IMG/VR virus record: IMGVR_UViG_3300012922_000006
Location: 27,598 to 91,597 of that record
Source of the DNA: a virus
Reading direction: 5' to 3' (one strand)
DNA: 64,000 nucleotides
The stretch's first letter is position 1; every line of letters starts with the position of its first letter. Below are positions 1-10,497 of the stretch, one piece after another. Both the position numbers and the translations under genes were made by a program. Below the pieces are notes generated by a model. It saw only the letters and a program-made list of their open reading frames with translations. It made no database searches and was not told the origin of the DNA.

Positions 1-236
1 GAATACGCCGACGCGAAGTCCATGGTCGCCACCTGGTCACGCTTCACGCCCGAGTTGAACGCCGCAAGCTTCTCGTAGTGCGCGTCCTCCGCCTCCTCAC
101 CCATGGGCAGGGAGTCGAGTCGAGGCCCGGGCCTCGACTTCTCCTCCTCTCGCCTCCGCGGTGAGGGGAGGTCGATCCCGAGCATCGCGAGCACAAGTGC
201 CGCGTGCATCGTCGAGAGGACGCGCCTGCCGCTCAC
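1..236 (-). CDS. hypothetical protein, partial (runs off the window start); contains palindrome copy 1 in frame (KSRPGPRL)
   Basis: GTG at 236 preceded by GGAGGT; frame open to position 1 (MSGRRVLSTMHAALVLAMLGIDLP...EEEKSRPGPRLDSLPMGEEAED). Confidence 0.55.
   Translation of the reverse strand, partial: MSGRRVLSTMHAALVLAMLGIDLPSPRRREEEKSRPGPRLDSLPMGEEAEDAHYEKLAAFNSGVKRDQVATMDFASAY
118..139. repeat. 22-bp perfect palindrome AGTCGAGGCCCGGGCCTCGACT, copy 1
   Basis: exact match read from sequence. Confidence 0.97.
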
Positions 237-482
237 GTCGACACCTCCGGAGGCGCGACCCTGCTCACGTACGTGACGAGCCACTTCGTCGCGACCGAGT
301 CGACTGCGGCGACGACGAGGCGTGCATGCGTCGCGAGGTCACCCCCTTGAACGCCGCGTCCTCCCAGCACGCGCGACCCACCTGCACGCTCGCCTCCGCG
401 AGGTCGTCCGCGTGCACGCCCGCCTTCTCGAGCATCGCGATTATAACGGCGTCCACGACTGCGATGATCCTGTCCTCCTTGC

Positions 483-992
483 TCACCGGCGCACCACCCG
501 CGGCACCGCCTCGGGGTGCCTCGGCAGCTTGTCGATCAGCTGCCCCTGGCCGTCCGCCCTCGTCGCCTGCGCGTCGGGCTCCCAGAGCCTCAAGTCGTCG
601 TGGTCGTTCGGCTCCGGGCGCGGCGCGCGGAACTCCGGCTTCATCTGCGACGGCTCGCTGTTGGGAGCGGCCCGCTGCTTCTGCGACGCCTGCGACCCCT
701 GCCCGTCGACCACGCTCACCTTCCCGCTCGTCGCCTCGCTCGGCTCCACCGCCTGCTCGCCCTGCGGCGCCTGCGACGCGTCGGGCATCGACGACACGAA
801 GCCGTTGAGCGCGCGCGTGACGCCCTTCTGGATCTGCACGGGGGCGTCGAACGCCTCCTCGCCCGTCGCCGTGTAGCGCTTCTGCCCGGGCGCGTGCGGG
901 GCGGGCTGCTGGGCGCGCTGGTGGTAGCAGAACGGGCAGGACGTCGGGTTCATCTTGTGGGCGCAGTGCTGCGGCTTCGGCGGCTGGTTCAT
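483..992 (-). CDS. hypothetical protein with N-terminal Cys/His motif
   Basis: ORF; ATG 992 lies 10 nt downstream of a CGGCAT motif. Confidence 0.55.
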   Translation of the reverse strand: MNQPPKPQHCAHKMNPTSCPFCYHQRAQQPAPHAPGQKRYTATGEEAFDAPVQIQKGVTRALNGFVSSMPDASQAPQGEQAVEPSEATSGKVSVVDGQGSQASQKQRAAPNSEPSQMKPEFRAPRPEPNDHDDLRLWEPDAQATRADGQGQLIDKLPRHPEAVPRVVRR

Positions 993-1179
993 GCGGCGGA
1001 GCATGCCGCCTGGACCGGGCACCCGTCGACGGGCGGTCCGCGCTCAGTGAATAAAGGCTTGCAAGGTCTCGGCAACGGCACCGTGGGCACGCGAGGATTG
1101 GGAGAGGCTCACCCTCGACGCGGACCACGGCGCACCCTGCGACTCGACCGCGCCACCCGCACCGCTTGCACGACCTCAC

Positions 1180-1521
1180 TCAGAAGCTCTCGACGCCGAC
1201 CACGTCCGCACTCGTGTCGGGGATGGCGCTCGGCCCGTAATCCCACTCGACCTCGCGGACCTCGTACCCGAAGTGGTCGCGCAGCACGCGGCGGGCACTC
1301 CTGCCCTTCCTACCGCCGTACGCCCCGCGCCTCCCCCACTGCGCCTCCGTCCTGCCGCGGTACGTGGCCCTCCACTCCTCGGGTTCGAGGAAAAAGTGGG
1401 TCCCCGTGACGTGGTAGGCGAGGCCCTGCTCGGCGAGCGACTTGCGCACGAGGCGCCAGAGGGCGCGCCTCGCCTTCCGGACCGCGCGCCTGCGCAGCTT
1501 CTTCAGCCTCGACCTGTTCAT
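1180..1521 (-). CDS. hypothetical protein
   Basis: ORF, protein-like composition, CGGCAT motif upstream. Confidence 0.6.
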   Translation of the reverse strand: MNRSRLKKLRRRAVRKARRALWRLVRKSLAEQGLAYHVTGTHFFLEPEEWRATYRGRTEAQWGRRGAYGGRKGRSARRVLRDHFGYEVREVEWDYGPSAIPDTSADVVGVESF

Positions 1522-1748
1522 GCGCGTGCGGATGCCGCGCGCTCACCACTCGAGGCGCACGACGTGCTCGCCGTACGGCACCGGGCGCTCGACGCGGCCC
1601 GCGTGCGCGCGCTCCGGGTGCGCGACGTACCTCGGGGGACAGTGGCGGGGCGGAGGCTCGTGCAGGGGGCCCAGGCGCAGCACGGCGCGCACCGCGTCCA
1701 CGAAGTCGTAGAGCCGCTGCGCCTCGGGGAAGCAGCGCCGCCTGCGGC

Positions 1749-2054
1749 TCACGGCACCCGCTCCAGCCTCGCGCACTGGTAGCCGCGGTCCGTCCTCACG
1801 TACTCACCGCCGCGCCGCTCGCAGTCCGCGCCCTCCTGGAACCGGTCCACCAGCCCGTACGCGACGGCGCCGATGACCGCCGTGATCAGCACGGCGAGGA
1901 CTCCGACCTGCACGATCGCCCACGTCGACGCCAACCATGAGCTGAGGCGACGTCTGCGGTCCCGCTCGCGCAGGAGCCGGCGCTCGAGCGCGTCCACCTC
2001 CGACCAGTCCTCGACGGGGTCCGGGGTGCGCTCCTGCGATCGGAACGGGTTCAT
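1749..2054 (-). CDS. hypothetical membrane protein
   Basis: one hydrophobic segment (WAIVQVGVLAVLITAVIGAVAYGL); start overlaps the upstream stop. Confidence 0.55.
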   Translation of the reverse strand: MNPFRSQERTPDPVEDWSEVDALERRLLRERDRRRRLSSWLASTWAIVQVGVLAVLITAVIGAVAYGLVDRFQEGADCERRGGEYVRTDRGYQCARLERVP

Positions 2055-2386
2055 GACGTCGGCACCCCCTTGTACGCGTCGAGCAGCTCCCTCAGCGTGG
2101 TCACCCGCTTCGCCAGCACATCTGCGCGCTCCTGCTGGTACCTCAACTCCGCGCACGCCGACTCGCGGTGGTCCTGGATGATGCGCTCACGGTTCTGCGA
2201 CGCCCTGAGCATCGCGTCCGCGCCGACGTACGCGGCCCAGTTCATGTCCGCGCGCGACTTCTCCGCCTCGAAGGCAGTGGTCGCGTTCTTCAGCTCCCAC
2301 TCGAGTCGGGCGATGCGCCTGTCGAGGACCTCGAGCACGCACTCGTCGTCGAGGCGGGCCGCGTCCGCGTGCTCGATGAGGTTCAC
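2051..2386 (-). CDS. hypothetical coiled-coil protein
   Basis: heptad-rich ORF coupled to its neighbours. Confidence 0.5.
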   Translation of the reverse strand: MNLIEHADAARLDDECVLEVLDRRIARLEWELKNATTAFEAEKSRADMNWAAYVGADAMLRASQNRERIIQDHRESACAELRYQQERADVLAKRVTTLRELLDAYKGVPTS

Positions 2387-2964
2387 CGCGACCTCGCGAA
2401 GTAGACGCACGCCGCGACCACCGCGAGGAGCGCGAGCCCCGTGATCCCGATCCTCAGCCAGCTCGCCCACTCGTGACCGACCTCGACTACCCGCACGACG
2501 ACCTCGCGCTTCCTCGGCGCGCTCGGCGCCGCGATCTCCCTGTCACCCGCCACCACCAGCAGCGCCGTCATGCCGAGCACCTCGTGCTCCACGCGCGTCG
2601 ACGTCCACGACGGGCGCTCCCGCTCCCGCTGCTCCTCAACCTCCCCGACCGGCCTCGCTGCCGCCGCCATCCGGGCCTCCCTCGTTCACCGCCGAGTATG
2701 CCGCGAGTGCGATGACGTGCTTGGCGTAGTGCACGCGTCCCATCGGACTCCGCGCGTGCTCGTCGCACGCGTAGTCGCCGTGCAGGTCCGGATCAGAATG
2801 CGTCGCCAACTTGCCGCACCCGCGCGCGAAGCAGTGCAGGAGCGCCGCGTCCACGAGCGCGCGCAGCCCCTCCACCTCGCGCCGCAGCAGCCCCGCCTCC
2901 CCCGCCGTGAGCGCCCAGTCCATCCCGGTCTCGCGCGAGTACGCGAGCACCTCCTCGAGCGTCC

Positions 2965-3216
2965 TCACGACCGCAGCCCCCGCTCGAGCGCCTCGATCTC
3001 CTCGACGCAGAGGAGCCTGTTCATCCACTCCCGCCGCACCAGCCGCTCGTGCTCGATCCTCGTGATGAGGACCTCTCCCCCGGGATTGCACCCGAGCTGC
3101 GCGGCCACCACCGCCGCGTGCACGGGGTCGGGGGCGCGCACGATCGCGACGCCCAGGAACTGCGAGCCCTCCGCCTTGGCGGTGTCGCAGAAGGACAGCC
3201 AGTAGAGCGCGCTCAC
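2965..3216 (-). CDS. hypothetical protein
   Basis: GTG overlaps the upstream stop; YWLSF...FLGVAIV...GCNPGGEV. Confidence 0.55.
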   Translation of the reverse strand: MSALYWLSFCDTAKAEGSQFLGVAIVRAPDPVHAAVVAAQLGCNPGGEVLITRIEHERLVRREWMNRLLCVEEIEALERGLRS

Positions 3217-4322
3217 GTCGCCTCGTCCGGGCCGTCGCCCGGCCTGCTGACCGCGACCACCTCTGCGTCGATGCTCAGCCTCTTCGCGAGGCGGGGCCAG
3301 AACAGCGCGTAGAACGTCCTGAACGGAGACGTGCGGATCAGCAGCTCGCGCGAGCACCAGCTGACTTGGGTATCCGCTTCCACGGCGCGGACCCCACCGC
3401 GCCACTCGTACGCCTCGAACACGTGCACGACTCGCCCGCCGTCCACGTGCCTCGCGGAGAACACCTCCTCGAACGCGAGCAGCTCCACGTCGGTCTCCTC
3501 GAGCACCTCCCGCTTCACCGCCTGCTCCGGCGTCTCCCCGGGCTCCACCTTGCCACCCGGCAGCGACCACCCGCGCCCCCGCGTGTTCACGCTGAGGACG
3601 GTTCCGTGCGCGCCCCTTACGACGACGACCGCCGCGTGCGGGAGTTCCTGGACCCCACCGCGATCGGCTTCTCGCGCGCGCCGGATGCGCCGCGCCTCGA
3701 CCATCTTCAGGCAGACGTTCGCGACGTCGATCGCCTCCGCCTCGACGCGCTCGTCGCCCTCCGCCGTGAGCAGCTCCAGGAACTCCTCGAGAACGACGTC
3801 ACGCCACGACGCGTGACCGGTGCCATGCGCCTTCTTCTTTTGGCGAAGGACGCTCAGCATGTAGTGCGGATCGAACGAGCCGAAAACTTCGTTGAAGTCG
3901 AGCGGTAAGTCCGTATGCGCCTCCGCGCCGCCGTACTTCGCGTCCCCCCGCCACCTGGTCTTCAGGAGGTCGACGAGGACCCGGAACTGCTCACCGCGCT
4001 CGCGGCGGCGCACGTTCAGGTCCCCTAGCGGAAGGTCGTCCGAGAGCACGCGCCGCAGCGCGCGCACCTCGTCCTGCAGCTCCGTCCCGCGCGCCTGCGC
4101 AGCGGTGAGGATCTCGAGGTACGTGCGGACGTCGCGGAGGATCGGGAGGACCGTGTCGCGGACCCAAGCGTGCAGGTCGCCCAGCACTCCCTCCTCACGG
4201 AGCGTGCACGCGACGGCGACGCGCGCGTCACCGGTGGCCTCCTCGACCTTCGCGAGCCACGCCGCTCCACGCTTCTTCTCCTCCTCGCGCGCCCGCTCCG
4301 CCACGTCTTCTTGCTCGCTCAT
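3213..4322 (-). CDS. MazG-like pyrophosphatase / NUDIX hydrolase fusion
   Basis: Nudix box GGKVEPGETPEQAVKREVLEET; upstream MazG-like acidic motif EEFLE...EAIDVANV. Confidence 0.8.
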   Translation of the reverse strand: MSEQEDVAERAREEEKKRGAAWLAKVEEATGDARVAVACTLREEGVLGDLHAWVRDTVLPILRDVRTYLEILTAAQARGTELQDEVRALRRVLSDDLPLGDLNVRRRERGEQFRVLVDLLKTRWRGDAKYGGAEAHTDLPLDFNEVFGSFDPHYMLSVLRQKKKAHGTGHASWRDVVLEEFLELLTAEGDERVEAEAIDVANVCLKMVEARRIRRAREADRGGVQELPHAAVVVVRGAHGTVLSVNTRGRGWSLPGGKVEPGETPEQAVKREVLEETDVELLAFEEVFSARHVDGGRVVHVFEAYEWRGGVRAVEADTQVSWCSRELLIRTSPFRTFYALFWPRLAKRLSIDAEVVAVSRPGDGPDEAT

Positions 4323-4765
4323 GCCCCCTCCGATGCCGCGTCGATCCACTCCAGCGGACCGTCCTGGACCGAGGAGTACTCGTCCCGGTCGACCTCCTCG
4401 AACGCGCCGTCCCTCAGCATGTACACGTGGGCATCCCCCGGCCCTCGCCCACCGAAGTTGTCGCCGCACAGCCGGCCGTTGGTGAACGAGAAGAAGTTGC
4501 GGGGGCAGTCCGCGAACGTGACCGCGATCGGGTGGGGGAAGGCCCGGTCGACCCACCACGTGCGGTGCGGCGTCGCGACCGCGTACCTCGACGGGAGCAC
4601 CACGGTGACCGCGTCGGGACCACGCTCGTAGAACCGCACCGCGGGATCCGTAACGGAATACTCAAGACACTTCGCGCGCATGACGACGTGCTCGAGGGTC
4701 GGACCCACCATGACGTGCTCGGGGTGCCCGTGGGGGATGAACAGGAAGTAGGAGGAGTCGCTCAT
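4319..4765 (-). CDS. hypothetical protein
   Basis: ORF, CGGCAT motif upstream. Confidence 0.6.
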   Translation of the reverse strand: MSDSSYFLFIPHGHPEHVMVGPTLEHVVMRAKCLEYSVTDPAVRFYERGPDAVTVVLPSRYAVATPHRTWWVDRAFPHPIAVTFADCPRNFFSFTNGRLCGDNFGGRGPGDAHVYMLRDGAFEEVDRDEYSSVQDGPLEWIDAASEGA

Positions 4766-4792
4766 GCCCCCGCGGATGCCGGGCTCCCCCCG

Positions 4793-4814
4793 AGTCGAGG
4801 CCCGGGCCTCGACT
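4793..4814. repeat. 22-bp palindrome, copy 2 (overlaps the TGA of 4814..5164)
   Basis: exact match. Confidence 0.97.
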
Positions 4815-5164
4815 CAGTCCTGGTCGACGCGCTCGCCGAACAGGTAGAGGGGCGGCGACCTGCGGTCCACGTAGTCGAACTGGTCGAGCGCGAACTGCGC
4901 GAGCAGGCCCCGCGCGACGAGGTCGAAGGCGACGTCGGCCACGAGCGACCCCGAGACGACACGGCGCCTGTAGTCCGCCTGGAACGAGTAGAGGCGCGCG
5001 CCGGCGGCGCTCAGCGGGGCGAGGAGGGCCGCGGCCGGGATGCCCGACGTCTGCGGCGACGCGCGGTACGGCGTCGCCTGCGCGTCGATCACGAACTTCC
5101 CGTCGCGGGTCCGCGCCGCGGCCTGCGCGACGAGGACTGCGACGGAGGCGGCGTCGAAGGGCAT
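4814..5164 (-). CDS. hypothetical protein
   Basis: ORF; TAGGAT 7 nt before ATG. Confidence 0.6.
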   Translation of the reverse strand: MPFDAASVAVLVAQAAARTRDGKFVIDAQATPYRASPQTSGIPAAALLAPLSAAGARLYSFQADYRRRVVSGSLVADVAFDLVARGLLAQFALDQFDYVDRRSPPLYLFGERVDQD

Positions 5165-5404
5165 GGAGGAGATCCTACTTCACTGCGTTGAAGACGCTCG
5201 ACAGGCCCCCGCCGCAGTACTTGTAGCCGTCCGCGCCGCACACCGTGCACACGACCTCCCAGCCAGCGTCGTCGGGGCCCTCGCCGCCCTTCAGGACGCG
5301 GGTCACCCGGATCGAGTGCCACCCCCGGTCGCAGAACCAGCGCCGCCAGTGGCGCTTCTGCGGGGCCTCCTCTGGCGGCGACGCGCTCGTGCGGTACGGG
5401 TCGC

Positions 5405-5701
5405 TCACCCGTCCTCCAGCGCCCGCGAGGCGACCGCGCGGAACAGCGCCGCCGCGTCGCGAAACTTTAGCTCGCGCGACGACTTCGGGCCGAACGCGCG
5501 CACGCGCAGGTGCACGTTCGAGGTGGAGACCACCAGCGAGACCACGTGCACGCGCCGGTCGTCGAGCTGCATGTCCCTCGCCTGCCGCGCGCACTCCACG
5601 AGGACGGCGCGCACGACGGAGACCGCGACCTCGGGCTCCGCCGTGAGCGAATGGCGCTCGAGGACCTCCAGCATCCGGTCCTCCTGCTCCTGCTTCACCA
5701 T
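5405..5701 (-). CDS. hypothetical protein
   Basis: ORF, CGGCAT motif upstream. Confidence 0.55.
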   Translation of the reverse strand: MVKQEQEDRMLEVLERHSLTAEPEVAVSVVRAVLVECARQARDMQLDDRRVHVVSLVVSTSNVHLRVRAFGPKSSRELKFRDAAALFRAVASRALEDG

Positions 5702-5720
5702 GCGCGGCGGGATGCCGCCC

Positions 5721-6479
5721 TCAGGGCGCGGTCGTGTCGTAGCGGACCGCGTACGCGTGGGTCCCGTTCGGCGCCGTGCTCTTCACGCCGCCCCACGCCG
5801 CGTTCAGCGTCGGCGACGCGTCCACGACCCCGTCCACGCTCACCACCGGCGTCCCCGAGAACACCTCGCCGACGGAGAATCCGTCGCTCGTCTTCAGGTC
5901 CGTCGTCCCGCCCGGGTCGACGTCGCTCGTCAGGCTCGTCACCGTCTCGAACGCCTGCGCCCCGTCGCCGACGTCGTAGGTGCCCGCGCCCGCGCAGCTC
6001 TTCGTGAGCGTCGCCGCCGACCCGTCCACCTTCGTCCCCTTCACCGTGAACACGACCGGGTTCACGCCGCCCACGCCCAGGACGATCTCCAGCGCGCGCC
6101 GCGGGTACGGCACCGTGAAGGCCGTCGTCACGTTGAGGGCGGCACCCGCCGCGACCTGCGCGTGCACGCTCACGCCCTTCGCCGGCAGGAGCGCGCCCGC
6201 GACCAACACGCTCGTCTTGCGCCCGCCCTCGAACGTCTGCTCGCCCTCGATGGCCGTCCGCATGATGGCCTCGAGCGCGGCCTCGTTCGCGCCCTTCAGC
6301 GAGTGCGCCGAGAGCGCCCTCGCGCTGGCAGCGACGAGCAGCGCCGACGTGGGGGCCACCTCGCCGCCAGCAGCCACGATGGCGGCGACGTTGTCGACCG
6401 CGTCGTCGAGCTTCCGGCCGGGCAGCAACTTGTTCCCGTTGGGGAAAACGACGGTGTTGATCAAGTAGAACACGGCCAT
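5721..6479 (-). CDS. putative virion/decoration protein (Ala/Gly/Thr/Val-rich, beta-rich)
   Basis: composition typical of structural proteins; GAGGAG SD and TAGTCT upstream. Confidence 0.5.
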   Translation of the reverse strand: MAVFYLINTVVFPNGNKLLPGRKLDDAVDNVAAIVAAGGEVAPTSALLVAASARALSAHSLKGANEAALEAIMRTAIEGEQTFEGGRKTSVLVAGALLPAKGVSVHAQVAAGAALNVTTAFTVPYPRRALEIVLGVGGVNPVVFTVKGTKVDGSAATLTKSCAGAGTYDVGDGAQAFETVTSLTSDVDPGGTTDLKTSDGFSVGEVFSGTPVVSVDGVVDASPTLNAAWGGVKSTAPNGTHAYAVRYDTTAP

Positions 6480-6939
6480 GTGGGTCTCTCCTCGTCTCGG
6501 GAACTGGGAGGAGACTACCCGAACGCGGTCACCAGCGCCGACGGCGAAGCCACGCCCAGAGGCGACGCCACCACGGCTCCGGCTCCCGGACCCGCATCGT
6601 CGCCTCCACCACCCGCACCGCGCGCTCCGTCACCGTCCTGGGCTGCACGTCGCCCTCGAACACGCGCTTGCGCATGGTCCGCACGGCGCGCTTCGCGTCC
6701 GCCTGCGCGCGCTCGGGACCCCGGACGATCCTGCCCTTCATCTTACGAACGGAACGAGTGTTGGAGTTCACTTGCTAACTTGTCCAAGTGCTTCGCAACT
6801 CGTTGCCATTGTCTCGAACCAATCGGACCCCACCGATCGATCACGATGTCGAGAGACGGAAACATTCTCCAAGATTCGAATGGTTCCCACCACCCAGGGT
6901 GGTACGCGAACGTCTCGAGGTAAAAGCGCCCCCAGGGAC

Positions 6940-7641
6940 TCACCGCGACTGCCTCGGGACCACGACGCGGCCGAACGTCGAGAACACCTGCTCGAAGCGG
7001 GAGACCGCCTCCTCCGTCACCCGCCAGCTCCTCTCGCCGACGAGCGGCAGCGGCGGGAGGTACACGAGGCAGCTCGAGTGCGGGGGCTGGTCGCGCTCCA
7101 CGCCGTCGCGCCAGAACTTGAGGCGCTGCCTCGGGTAGCAGACCGCGAACTCGAGCGGCGAGATCGGGCACCTGGGCTCACTCTGCGTCGTCTGCAGCAG
7201 CTCTACGGAGAAGCACACGAAGACGGCCTGCTCGGTGCGGTGCTGGTACCACTCCCTGCAGAGCTTCGCCCACCACTTCCGCTGCGACGACTCCACCCCC
7301 ATGTGGACGTGCCCCGGCTCCAGGCCGCACGACCCCGTGACCCGGCACTTCGGCTTCACGGGTCGCTGCCGGTCGTCGCTCAGGCCCCCCGGTGGGTTGA
7401 GCAGCACCCCCCTCGTGACCCAGGGCCTGGTGAACCCGTCGTCCTCGGCAGTGTAGTACCCGTGCGCGCCCACGCGTTGGTTCAGCTCCGGAGACGACGC
7501 GGGGTCGAGCGTGATCCCGCCCATGACGTGGCGCGCTGCCTCGATGATGGCGGTCGGCGTCCCGTACTCGGTGCTCGAGGACGAGTGCCTCTGCGCCACA
7601 CCGTTCACCGCGTCCGGACCCTCGAATATCGCGCTTGTCAT
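6940..7641 (-). CDS. phage Dam-like DNA N6-adenine methyltransferase (NPPG variant)
   Basis: EYGTP...ITLDPASS...DDGF..PW...VLLNPPGG...PRQRLKF. Confidence 0.75.
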   Translation of the reverse strand: MTSAIFEGPDAVNGVAQRHSSSSTEYGTPTAIIEAARHVMGGITLDPASSPELNQRVGAHGYYTAEDDGFTRPWVTRGVLLNPPGGLSDDRQRPVKPKCRVTGSCGLEPGHVHMGVESSQRKWWAKLCREWYQHRTEQAVFVCFSVELLQTTQSEPRCPISPLEFAVCYPRQRLKFWRDGVERDQPPHSSCLVYLPPLPLVGERSWRVTEEAVSRFEQVFSTFGRVVVPRQSR

Positions 7642-7898
7642 AGGGGTCACGGATGCCGCGCTAGCGCACGAGCCGGCAGGCCGCCTTGTGCACGGGGCGC
7701 GTGCCCAGGCAGCTCGGGCAGACCCCGTCCGCGTCGAACAGCTCGTTCGAGTGCGCGACGCACTGCTCCCGCCGGGCCAGCTCGTGGAGCGTCACCCCCT
7801 GGCGCTCCGCCCTCCTCGCCCTCTCCAACGCCTCGTCGACCTGGCTCGGCTTCGCTGCCATGGCGGTACCTCCCGCCTCAGCCTGATGCCGCGCGGCC

Positions 7899-9566
7899 CT
7901 ACCGTGCCATCACGCTGGCGATCCCGCCCCGGCGCTTGCCCCCGGATGCCGCGCCGCTCCCGCGCAGCACGCCGAACTTCTTGGCCTGCTCGCGGCCGAA
8001 GTAGTTGGCCATCAGCACGTCGCCAGTGTGCCGCGAGGGTACGTAGTAGAGGCACTCGTCGACGAAGCGCTGCATCGCCGGGTGCGTCTCGCCCCTGCGG
8101 TTGTTCGGGAACGCCCACGCCCCGTTGCTCATCTCCACGAAGAGCGCCGGCACGCCGTGCTCGGGGTGCGCCTTCGTCCGGCCCGTGCAGAACCCCTTGA
8201 TCGGGATCGAGAGCGAGCGAGCGAGCGCGAACTGCCGGATGAAGTCCTGCGCCTGGTTGTTCTCCACCGTGACGATCGAGTGGTAGCGGTCGTGCTTATC
8301 GAAGATTTTGTCGACGATCACCGGCCCGCTCCACTTGCCGACCTCGATGTCGAGGATGACCTTCAGGCCGTCCGGGCGCGCCTCGAACGTGAAGAAGGCA
8401 GTGTCGTCGCTCTCCTCGCCCGGGCTGATCGCGAGGTCGACTCCCGTGAACGTCGGGTAGCCCCCGTCGTAGCGCTGCACGAACGAGTGGACCCCGCTGT
8501 CGCGCGCCCTCCTCAGGCAGGCCTCGACGTACTCCGCCTTGCACATGGCGCTGCCGTCGTCTCGGCAGATGGCCCTGTAGAGCTGGTTGAACCGCTGCGG
8601 GATATACCCGAGCCGCTTCTGCTCGATCCACTCCGACGAGTACTTCTCCGGCCAGAGCGGCACCTCGTTGCCCGGGTCCGGGTCGTGCGCCACGAGCCTG
8701 CACACTGGGCTCGTGGAGTCGTCGTTCGCGGGGCGGAGCAGCTCCGAGTCCCACGGCTCCTTCGACGTCGAGTCGTCGTAGACCGTCACGTCCCCGTAGA
8801 TGTCCATGCGCATCGTCGCCCAGCCGCCCTTCTCGAACGAGTGGAGGACGTCGTCGGGGTGCCACGGCGTGTTCGTCACCACGACCTTCGCGCCCACTGG
8901 GTCGAGGCGCGAGAGCACCTTCATGTCGAGCTGGAAGCTCGTCTTCTCGCGCTGCTCCTTCGTCAGCGTGTTCTGGTCGTTGAGGATGTCGTCGATGATG
9001 ATCCAGTTCAGGCGCGAGCCGATGATCCGGTCCGAGTCGAGGCCGTAGGCCGTGAGGCTCGCGTCCTTGATGCCCGGCGGGCGGTCGACCGTGATGCTCG
9101 TCTGCGTCCACGCGTCGCTCTTCTTCCGCGACGGCACCAGGTGCGGGAAGACCATCCGCAGCTCGGCGCTCGTCTCGATGTACTCGCGCACGAGCGCCAG
9201 CACCTTCGTCGCCTGCTCCTCGGCGGCGCTCACCACGGCGCCGCGCAGCTCCGTGTTCCGCCCGAGCATGTAGAGCGTCAGGCCCGTCGCGATCAGCGTC
9301 TTGCTCGCGCCGACCGCCGCCATCAGCACGCACCGGTCGTGCGCCATGATGAACTCGATCGCGACCCGCTGGTGCGGCGCCAGGCGCACGGGGAGGTTCG
9401 CGTCGAACCGGCGCATCACGAAGTTGAAGAAGAGGCACACGTCCTCGCGCGCCGCCTCCGCCATCGCGAGCACGCCGTCGCGCAAGTCCGCGGCGAGCTG
9501 CGGGTCGTCGCCCGCCAGGACCTCCGCGCCCGAGAGTCGAGGCCCGGGCCTCGACTCGTCCTCCAC
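7899..9566 (-). CDS. terL: terminase large subunit
   Basis: LAPHQ, Walker A-like GASKT, Walker B IIIDD, TPWH motif, RNase H-like nuclease GVDLA...DDTA...GDVLMA; start may instead be ATG 9464. Confidence 0.88.
   Translation of the reverse strand: MEDESRPGPRLSGAEVLAGDDPQLAADLRDGVLAMAEAAREDVCLFFNFVMRRFDANLPVRLAPHQRVAIEFIMAHDRCVLMAAVGASKTLIATGLTLYMLGRNTELRGAVVSAAEEQATKVLALVREYIETSAELRMVFPHLVPSRKKSDAWTQTSITVDRPPGIKDASLTAYGLDSDRIIGSRLNWIIIDDILNDQNTLTKEQREKTSFQLDMKVLSRLDPVGAKVVVTNTPWHPDDVLHSFEKGGWATMRMDIYGDVTVYDDSTSKEPWDSELLRPANDDSTSPVCRLVAHDPDPGNEVPLWPEKYSSEWIEQKRLGYIPQRFNQLYRAICRDDGSAMCKAEYVEACLRRARDSGVHSFVQRYDGGYPTFTGVDLAISPGEESDDTAFFTFEARPDGLKVILDIEVGKWSGPVIVDKIFDKHDRYHSIVTVENNQAQDFIRQFALARSLSIPIKGFCTGRTKAHPEHGVPALFVEMSNGAWAFPNNRRGETHPAMQRFVDECLYYVPSRHTGDVLMANYFGREQAKKFGVLRGSGAASGGKRRGGIASVMAR
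9535..9556. repeat. 22-bp palindrome, copy 3 (5' end of terL, ESRPGPRL)
   Basis: exact match. Confidence 0.97.
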
Positions 9567-9592
9567 CCGCCCCTCGTGCTCGACCGCCCGCC

Positions 9593-9895
9593 TCAAAACC
9601 GCACCCTGCCCGCGCCGCGGCACGCGGGGCACTCGATCTGCAGCACCCACTCGCCGGACCCGCCGCACTCGCGGCACCGACGGAGCAGGGGCAGCACGCG
9701 CGCGGGCCCGAGCTGCGCGCGCTTGGCGACGCGCACGTAGAACCGCGTCGTGCCCACCACGTGGAGGACGACAGCCAGGTCCTCGCGCATGGAGCGCGTC
9801 ACCACGAGGCGGACCTGCGCGAGCGTCGCCCGGATGACCGCGGTGCTCGCGTAGCCGCGCTTGTTCGGCAGGTCGACCAGCTCCGTCGCCGTCAC
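9593..9895 (-). CDS. small protein with DnaJ-type zinc finger
   Basis: CRECGGSG...CPACRGAG. Confidence 0.55.
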   Translation of the reverse strand: MTATELVDLPNKRGYASTAVIRATLAQVRLVVTRSMREDLAVVLHVVGTTRFYVRVAKRAQLGPARVLPLLRRCRECGGSGEWVLQIECPACRGAGRVRF

Positions 9896-10458
9896 CGCGC
9901 GCGCCTCGCGGGCAGCGCCGGGAGCGGGGCCTCCACGGTGCGCGCGCGGTCGCGCTCCTCCAGCTCCCGCAGCGCGCGCTGGCGCTCCAGGATCTCCTGC
10001 ACCTGCTCCGGCGTCAGGTTCCCGATCACGGGCATGATCGACTCGCTCACGCGGAACACGACGTCGACCTTCACCGGCGCGTACGTGCCCTGCAGGTTCG
10101 CGAGGATGTGCTCGTAGCGCGCGACCGCCGAGTGGTCCGGCTTCTCGACCCACGCCCCACCCTGGTCCTTCCGACCCGAGGCGACGCCGATCTGGCGCTT
10201 CACGCGGCGCACCGCCTCCGCGCGGTTCACCTGCAGCGCGCCGCTCGCCTCGTCCTCGCGCACCCACCGCTCGCGCACGCGCCCCACGAGCTTCTGCGTG
10301 CGGTTCGGCGTGATCCCGAAGCGCTCCCGCATCGCGCGCTTCACCGCGGCGACCGTCTGGTGCGGCAGGATCGCGGCGACCGCCTCCTCCTGCTCCTTCG
10401 TCTCCGCCCGCGTGTAGACCGTCTTGAACGGCCGCTGCTTCTTGTTCTCCGGAGCCAT
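9892..10458 (-). CDS. probable terminase small subunit
   Basis: helical 188-aa protein just upstream of terL; called on position. Confidence 0.5.
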   Translation of the reverse strand: MAPENKKQRPFKTVYTRAETKEQEEAVAAILPHQTVAAVKRAMRERFGITPNRTQKLVGRVRERWVREDEASGALQVNRAEAVRRVKRQIGVASGRKDQGGAWVEKPDHSAVARYEHILANLQGTYAPVKVDVVFRVSESIMPVIGNLTPEQVQEILERQRALRELEERDRARTVEAPLPALPARRAR

Positions 10459-10497
10459 GGCGCCTCGGAGTGAGGCTACCGCGGCGCGGGATCTAGG

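Noticed and set aside
1049-1066. GAATAAAGGCTTGCAAG resembling the strong-promoter motif
   Set aside because: No -10 box at 16-18 nt on either strand; possibly a degenerate copy but unsupported.
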